Source: an uncultured Candidatus Saccharibacteria bacterium | GTDB taxonomy: Bacteria; Patescibacteriota; Minisyncoccia; Sungbacterales; HO2-52-23 | Direction: 5' to 3' | NCBI GenBank assembly: GCA_964585475.1 | Contig: CAZPDF010000006.1 | Location: 8,531 to 72,530 of the forward strand | DNA length: 64,000 bases | In this document: piece after piece, positions 36,958 to 43,206 of the stretch | Layout: each line of letters opens with the position of its first letter | How positions within the stretch are numbered: the stretch's first letter is position 1 | Made by a program: the position numbers and the translations under genes | The notes under the pieces: model-generated | Seen by the model: the letters and a program-made list of their open reading frames with translations, nothing else | Told to the model about the DNA's origin: nothing | The model's database searches: none

Positions 36958-38988
36958 ATGGCGATTCCGAAGCTTATCGGAACCGAAACTGAAGCTACGC
37001 TTTCGGTAAAAGACCGGCGCTCATCCGCCGAGTTTCAGGGAAATGTGTATGAGGTGGTGAGTCTTCTTTGGACATTCGCAAGTAACAATCGGGTAAGCCC
37101 GATTGGCGGCAGGAGGGAGTTTGAGAACATTGCCGCGTTGGAGAATGAGATTAAGAATGTCTATGGATACACCGCCAGGCGTCTGGTGACGATTGAGGAA
37201 ATCAAAGAGGCCATCCGGCGTCTCGGCTCAAAAGTTTTCTTCAGTCCCATTGAGGGGCTAGTGCTAGAAAACGGGGCCCGAGCATATATGGAGCCGGCTG
37301 GGGCGGATCCGGAATGGAGCACTCCGGTGTGTCTCCTGCCCAGTGAAGTTCTCATGCAGGAGCGGATGCTTGAATGCGCTTTTGCCAAATCCGCCAGACA
37401 ACTTTCGGATGACAAACAGGAGATTCGTCTTTACAAGAACGCGAGCGACGGGCAAGGCCATTCGCATGGACTTCATTCCTCGTTTTTCATCTCTCGCGAA
37501 TTCAGAGAGCGGCTTTTTTTGCGATCGCGCGATGCATGGAGTCAAGATCGTTCCATAAACTACTGGGGTCGCACCATGCAGGACTTGATATCTTTTGATG
37601 TCTTAATGTGGCTGATAAAAGGGGCGGGCAAGGTGGGCAGTGAAGATGTGTGGGCTCCGGCAACTTATCAAATTTCCCAGCGGTCCGATCATATCCGCGG
37701 AGGATTGGTCGGCGGAAATACCACCGGAGACCGACCTCTTATCAATAGCCGCGACGAGGCCTTGTCCGATTTCGAGCGTTTTTCGCGGCTTCATGATATT
37801 CATAACGACGGCAATCGCTCGCTGACTGCTATAAGTTTGAAACTCGGCGTGAAACAAGTATTCCTTTCCATGCTTGAGGACGATATGTGTTTTCTTGACT
37901 GGCATCTGGCCGAGCCGATCGTGGCCCTGATACAAATTTCCCGAGATCTTTCGCTGTCAAGACCCGTCAAGGTGTATGTGAGAAGTGAGAAACGAACTGA
38001 TGAGCGTCTGCCCGAAGATCTTCTTTGGGATATCGCCGGGAAAATGGAGCAATACGCCAAAGTAACCCCGCTTCATACGGAGCACCTGAATCTTATCGAA
38101 GAGTTTAAACAGGTGATCTCGCTCCTTAGAAAAAAATCTCCTAATTTAAGCAAGATTCTCGACTGGGCGATTAAGAGAAAATATATTCGCGCGAAAATGA
38201 AGAAGTGGGGTTTAAACCCCGATAATCGGAAACACTGGGCTGATCCCAGAGTGCGGCAGGTGGATATTAAGTATGGCGACCTAACTAATGAAACCAAGGG
38301 CTGGGAATCTATTGCTGAATATTGCGAAGTTAAGGATGCGGAGAAATATTTTGCCGTGAATATTCCCGATATCTTAACTCCACCGACCAGCACTGCTCAT
38401 TTCCTGCGCGGGTTTCTCGTGCACCATCCCCATCTTAGGCAGTGGGTTGAGTTTAAGGATTGGCATAGGTTCGCCGTAGCCATCCCCGGCCGTTCGCGAT
38501 GGATTATCTCGATTCCTGACCCAAGATTGTTTCATCAGGATCATCTTTTCTCACTGCGTCAGGGTCTGGGAATGCTGGATACTCCGGAGCAAGCCGAAAT
38601 CTTTTTTGAAAGAATCGCGAGTCAGGCCAGAAAAACAACTCCGCCGAACTTCTGCGCGCCGATTATCATAACTCCTGGCGAGCAAAAAGCGCTACCGCCT
38701 GCTCGTCCAACCGAAGTGCCGGTCAAAAAAACAGCAGAATCATGCTTACAGCTTGAATTCCGCCTCTACCATTTGGAAACGGCAGCGGATCCTTTGCTCT
38801 TTCGCTTGGTCCCTCAAGCGTGCGAAGAGCGGCCTCGAGAAATGCCGCACGAGCCGGAGGATCTCTATGAGCGATCACTGGGGATTCTAGAGGAAGTCCA
38901 TCCGGTTGAGGAAAAGATGGGCATTGACGACCCGAAGCCCTGTGGTATGCTACCTTCAGTACTTGAGAGCGAGGAGTATCATGGCTGA
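36958..38988 (+). CDS. Pup ligase/deamidase-family protein, long form (Dop-like by position; ~677 aa)
   Basis: N-terminal IGTETE (the GIETE[FY]G motif of PafA/Dop carboxylate-amine ligase fold); INSRDEALSDFERFSRLHDI region homologous to PafA/Dop [28 protein letters not shown] RBS sits before the ATG at 36958. The stop overlaps the Pup start codon. Confidence 0.75.
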   Translation: MAIPKLIGTETEATLSVKDRRSSAEFQGNVYEVVSLLWTFASNNRVSPIGGRREFENIAALENEIKNVYGYTARRLVTIEEIKEAIRRLGSKVFFSPIEGLVLENGARAYMEPAGADPEWSTPVCLLPSEVLMQERMLECAFAKSARQLSDDKQEIRLYKNASDGQGHSHGLHSSFFISREFRERLFLRSRDAWSQDRSINYWGRTMQDLISFDVLMWLIKGAGKVGSEDVWAPATYQISQRSDHIRGGLVGGNTTGDRPLINSRDEALSDFERFSRLHDIHNDGNRSLTAISLKLGVKQVFLSMLEDDMCFLDWHLAEPIVALIQISRDLSLSRPVKVYVRSEKRTDERLPEDLLWDIAGKMEQYAKVTPLHTEHLNLIEEFKQVISLLRKKSPNLSKILDWAIKRKYIRAKMKKWGLNPDNRKHWADPRVRQVDIKYGDLTNETKGWESIAEYCEVKDAEKYFAVNIPDILTPPTSTAHFLRGFLVHHPHLRQWVEFKDWHRFAVAIPGRSRWIISIPDPRLFHQDHLFSLRQGLGMLDTPEQAEIFFERIASQARKTTPPNFCAPIIITPGEQKALPPARPTEVPVKKTAESCLQLEFRLYHLETAADPLLFRLVPQACEERPREMPHEPEDLYERSLGILEEVHPVEEKMGIDDPKPCGMLPSVLESEEYHG

Positions 38989-39181
38989 AGTAGAGAAGCG
39001 AAAGACTGGGCATCCCAAGGGTACGCCCGAGGGCGAAGGTGGATCTGCAAACCCCAATGTTGCCAAGAAAGGGAAAAAGCTAAAGGAAGACATGGATAAA
39101 CTTCTGGACGAGATTGACGGTATTCTTGAAGAGAACGCCGAGGAGTTTGTAAAAAGCTATGTCCAGCGCGGAGGAGAATAG
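38981..39181 (+). CDS. pup: Prokaryotic ubiquitin-like protein Pup (66 aa, C-terminal GGE)
   Basis: MAEVEKRKTGHPKG...DKLLDEIDGILEENAEEFVKSYVQRGGE. Close match to the Pup C-terminal Mpa-binding helix (LDEID.VLEENAE.FV..YVQKGGQ); ends in GGE. Confidence 0.85.
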   Translation: MAEVEKRKTGHPKGTPEGEGGSANPNVAKKGKKLKEDMDKLLDEIDGILEENAEEFVKSYVQRGGE

Positions 39182-39290
39182 CATGCGAATAGCGCGACCC
39201 TCGCCATCGGGTTCGGGGTATACGAATGCGCCCATGCGAATACGGTGATAAGTATCGCCAAGGTTTTACGCCTTGGTTTTTTGATCCACG

Positions 39291-39408
39291 CACCAGAAGA
39301 CCACGGGCTTGCCTGTGGAGGAATGGTGGTCTTCGGTGCGGGATTTCGCTCCACTGGCAAGCCTTCGGCTTGACCGTAAGCGAGGATACCACGGGCTTGC
39401 CCGTAGAG
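39291..39408 (+). repeat. Family B structured repeat (CCACGGGCTTGCCCGTGG hairpins), copy 1
   Basis: ~115 nt with >80% identity to the reverse complement of 46770-46895; contains the palindromes CCACGGGCTTGCC(T/C)GTGG and GGTCTTCGGTGC/…CAGAAGACC. Confidence 0.7.
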
Positions 39409-39624
39409 CTTTATTTTCAAGCGAGCGAGTGAAAAACAAAGATCTTTGCTTTTCCGAGCGAGCGCCGAAAACAAAGGGTTTAATACCGTGATCTTTAGTG
39501 CTTGCGGTAGAACAAATTTAAGTCGTCCCGGCCCTCCGTGCCCGGGTTCAGTACCCTTTATTTTCCGGCCCCAACATGCCATATTTGATTTACGCTCTTT
39601 AAATAAACAGATTGGAGGTGAATT

Positions 39625-41175
39625 ATGCGGTCCTTGGTGGATCTTGGGCGAATCCGCGGCATAGAAGTTGAGCATCAAGCCCTCGTTACCATAAACGGCA
39701 AGACGCAGCCGGAATTTTTCATGGCGCCGGAACGGCAAAATGTTTTCTTTGAGAAACTTCTTCCTCCGGAGCTTACGTCTTCTTGGCTGACCCCGATGGT
39801 AAATTGGCTGTTCCTTGCTAACGGCGCCAAAATAGGAATTGATAGCGGTTGGCATCCGGAATATGCAACGCAAGAGGTAGATTGCTCTCTGGTCGCGCTT
39901 TCATGCGAAAAAGCAGGCGAGAATATCATGGCGGGAATAGCCAAGCGAGCGAATGAATACTGGAAGGAATATGGGATAACGGTGCGTTTCTTCAAAAATA
40001 ATTTGGATGCGTCAGGCCATGCCGATCACTCCTGCGGCATGCATGAGAGCTACATGTTTTTACGCGATGAGGATAAGCTCCGCATGGCTTATGTAGTTGA
40101 GTTGCTCTGGCCGCATCTTGTTTCGCGCAGCTTCTATACCGGAAATGGCTGGGTGGATAAAGAACTTTCATTTCATATCTCGCAGCGCGCCAAGGCCATT
40201 GAAGCATTTTTAACCGGAGCTACAACAAGCAAGCGCCCAATAGTCAACACCCGCGATGAGCCGCATGCCGATGCCGAAAAGTACCGCCGGATACATATTA
40301 TAGTCGGCGATTCTCTTATGGCTGATACGGCAATTTATTTGAGATCCGGAACTACCGCCTTGATTCTGGATATGATCGAGGAGGGCTTCCTTACAGAATG
40401 CCCCTTCCGCTGCGAGAACGATGAGAGAAAAGTGAAAATTCTGCATGATTTTTCCCAGGACATTACCCTGCGCAAGCCGGTCAAGTTTGATAGCGGTAAC
40501 TACACGATGGTTGATGTTCAGGAATGGTATTTTGAGCGGGCACAGGAATACTGCGAGAAAACCGGGCGCATGTCGGGAGAGCGAGAAGACGTACTTCGCC
40601 GTTGGGGAGATAGGATAACGTATGCGCGAAGCGACGATCCGGTCGGCGTTCTCTCTTCGTGTGTGGATTGGGCCGCCAAGAAGTGCCTCATCGAAGAAGA
40701 CATGAAGCGGTATGGCTACGGGTTTAATACCCCGCCGGATTCCGAAATTACGGTTTTGAAGAGGGATCCCAAAACCGGGAAGAGAAAAGAGGTACGCTCT
40801 CGGGTGTTTGATCATCTGAAAGCGCTGGATCTTAAGTTTTTGGAGCTTGGAGCGCAGGGCTACATGCAGAAACTTATTGAAACCGGTTTTATAGAGCGCC
40901 TGGCAACCGACGAGATGATAAGAGCCGTTGAGTATGGGCCCGTGCCGGATCTTCGCTCTTGCGCCAGGGCCGATGCGTGGCAATGGTATGTGGCTGAAGC
41001 TCAAAGGCGCGGCCGGGTGCTGACCGAAGCCGCAGACTGGATGTATTTTGCGGCCAAAGACGGGGACGAGAGGATAGAAAGATTCGGGAAAATGAAAGAC
41101 CCCTATGAAAGCCGCCTTAAGTTATTGTCGGCGCCGGAGGACACGGATTCTCAAGGGCCAACGGAAGCGCCATAG
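39625..41175 (+). CDS. Pup-protein ligase PafA-like (Pup ligase/deamidase family)
   Basis: [10 protein letters not shown] and [27 protein letters not shown] are near-identical to mycobacterial PafA/Dop blocks. N-terminal GIEVEH. GGAGGTG RBS. Confidence 0.85.
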   Translation: [516 protein letters not shown]

Positions 41176-41240
41176 GCCTTAATCGTACCGGACCAAGAGT
41201 CCGGTTTTAATTTGCGTGAAAATATTCTACTATAAGCAAT

Positions 41241-42845
41241 GTGAAATCTGATTTATCTTTATACCGCCTGCTTGAAATTTTTCCCGGGGCCATCGCCTGG
41301 GCAACGCTTTTCGGAATGGTAGTTGTCTCCTGGAGAGCACCGATTGCGGCAAGTTTTTTTATAATAGCATTCGATCTTTATTGGCTGCTGAAAACCATCT
41401 TTTTTACCTCGCATATCGTCGCCTCTTACCGGAAGATGCGGGAAAATTTAAAAATTGATTGGATGGGAAGACTGCGTGAAGTATCGGAGGATACTAATGG
41501 TAAAGTTCTCGACAAGCTCGAACAATACTCTTCGAGCGAGCCCTTCGACTCCGCTCAGGATAAACTTCGCGAGTCGAGAAGCTACAATTGGCAGGACCTT
41601 TATCATCTTATTATTCTTCCGGCGTATCAGGAGCCGTACGAGGTACTGCGGGCGTCTCTCCTGGCGATAAAAAACTCCAGCTGGCCGAAAGACCGGATGA
41701 TCGTGGTTTTGGGAATTGAAGAGCGCGGCGGAGAAGAGGATCAAATTGCGGCGGAAAAAATTAAACAGGAATTCGGATCCAATTTCGCGAAATTTCTAGT
41801 AACGGTGCACCCCGCCGGGCTTCCCGGAGAAATTCCGGGAAAAGGATCCAATGCAACCTGGGCTGCCAAAGCCGCGAAAAAAATTATTGATGATCTCCCG
41901 ATTCCGTATGAACGCGTAATCGTCTCCTCCCTGGATTCCGATACCAGGGTTTACCCGGATTATTTTGCCATTGTCGCGTATCACTACTTAACCGAGTCGG
42001 GTCCCCTTCAGGCCTCCTATCAACCCATTCCGGTTTATCACAATAATATCTGGGATGCTCCGGCAATATCGCGCGTGGTGTCCACGTCGGACACTTTCTG
42101 GCAAATGACCCAACAGTCGAGACCCGAGCGGCTCGAAACCTTCTCTTCGCATTCGATGCCGTTTAAATCATTGGTGGAGGTTGGATTTTGGCAGACCGAT
42201 ATAGTTTCTGAGGATTCTCGAATTTTCTGGCAATGCCTGCTGTATTATAACGGCGATTGGCGGGTGGTGCCGCTTTATTACCCGGTATCCATGGATGCCA
42301 ATCTTGCGCCGTCGTTTTGGCAGACTGCCAAAAATATTTATCGCCAGCACCGCCGTTGGGCTTGGGGAGTCGAAAATATACCCTACATGCTCTACGGCTT
42401 CTTCAAAAATAAATTTATTCCCTTAAGGAAAAAGCTTTTCTATGCATCTGATAAAATAGAGGGTTTCTGGTCGCTATCGACGAATGCCCTCCTTATTCTT
42501 TTTTTAGGATGGCTGCCGCCTCTTTTGGGGGGCGACGTATTCTCAACCACCGTCCTCGCGCATAATCTTCCGCGTATCACCCAGATTCTTCTGACGCTGG
42601 CGATGGTGGGACTTGCTTCGGCCGCAGTAATTTCTTTGGCCCTCCTCCCCACGAGGCCCAAGAAAAAACCTTATCACTGGAAGTGGTGGCTGGTGCTTGA
42701 GTGGCTTACGATCGTCGTAACCGGGACAATTTTTGGCGCAATCCCCGGACTTGAGGCGCAAACCCGTCTCATGCTAGGAAAAAAACTTGGATTTTGGAGA
42801 ACGCCCAAAGTGAGAAAATCCGAAATCCCAATCTCTAAATTCTAA
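41241..42845 (+). CDS. Membrane-bound family-2-like glycosyltransferase
   Basis: N- and C-terminal TM helices around a cytoplasmic domain with DSD (DxD) and a QxxRW-like region (QHRRWAWG), as in processive GT2 synthases. Confidence 0.5.
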   Translation: MKSDLSLYRLLEIFPGAIAWATLFGMVVVSWRAPIAASFFIIAFDLYWLLKTIFFTSHIVASYRKMRENLKIDWMGRLREVSEDTNGKVLDKLEQYSSSEPFDSAQDKLRESRSYNWQDLYHLIILPAYQEPYEVLRASLLAIKNSSWPKDRMIVVLGIEERGGEEDQIAAEKIKQEFGSNFAKFLVTVHPAGLPGEIPGKGSNATWAAKAAKKIIDDLPIPYERVIVSSLDSDTRVYPDYFAIVAYHYLTESGPLQASYQPIPVYHNNIWDAPAISRVVSTSDTFWQMTQQSRPERLETFSSHSMPFKSLVEVGFWQTDIVSEDSRIFWQCLLYYNGDWRVVPLYYPVSMDANLAPSFWQTAKNIYRQHRRWAWGVENIPYMLYGFFKNKFIPLRKKLFYASDKIEGFWSLSTNALLILFLGWLPPLLGGDVFSTTVLAHNLPRITQILLTLAMVGLASAAVISLALLPTRPKKKPYHWKWWLVLEWLTIVVTGTIFGAIPGLEAQTRLMLGKKLGFWRTPKVRKSEIPISKF

Positions 42846-43040
42846 ATATCTCCACTAATCAAAATTCAAAATGACAGTGCAAAATCTAAAATTGATACGG
42901 GGTGTCATCCTGAGCGAAGCGAAGCCCTGTAGAATCACCCATGGGGAGCTCTACGGGGCGAAGGATCTCAGAGATCCCTCAGCCGCCTCGCTCCTTCAGG
43001 ATGACGGTAGAACCGTCAATCTTGCATTTTGAATTTTATT
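42840..43040. repeat. Palindromic intergenic element, family A, copy 5 (long-loop variant)
   Basis: Core 42903-43005: GTCATCCTGAGCGAAGCGAAGCC...GGCGAAGGATCTCAGAGATCCCTCAGCCGCCTCGCTCCTTCAGGATGAC; 5′ flank near-identical to copy 2. Confidence 0.8.
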
Positions 43041-43206
43041 ATTTCTGGCAGAATACCTCGCAGCTTTGCTGCGAGGATGAATGCCAGCCCGTAGCGAAGT
43101 CCCGGCTTGCCGGGACGAAGCGGAGGAAATAACCCCGACGTAGTCGTCCGATTTCAAGACGCGTATTCCGTCGAGGAATACCCCGCAGCTCTGCTGCGGG
43201 CGTCGG

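Noticed and set aside
39182-39624. Search for 20S proteasome subunits (PrcA/PrcB, Ntn-hydrolase fold with N-terminal Thr after a propeptide) between pup and the PafA-like gene and elsewhere in the window
   Set aside because: No ORF in the window has the proteasome alpha/beta signature. The only candidate space is filled by repeats and short spurious ORFs, so absence within this window is stated. Presence elsewhere in the genome cannot be excluded.
39157-39873. 238-aa minus-strand ORF spanning the pup–pafA spacer and the PafA-like N-terminus
   Set aside because: It runs through the family B repeat and is antisense to a well-supported PafA-like gene. Part of its 'protein' (ERNPAPKTTIPPQASPWSSGA) is simply the translation of the repeat, and it reappears at 46827 on the other copy.
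43040-43200. Two similar hairpins (CCTCGCAGCTTTGCTGCGAGG and CCCCGCAGCTCTGCTGCGGG) downstream of recG as another repeat family
   Set aside because: There are only two local copies and no other occurrences in the window. They are probably just bidirectional terminator structures at the recG 3′ end.
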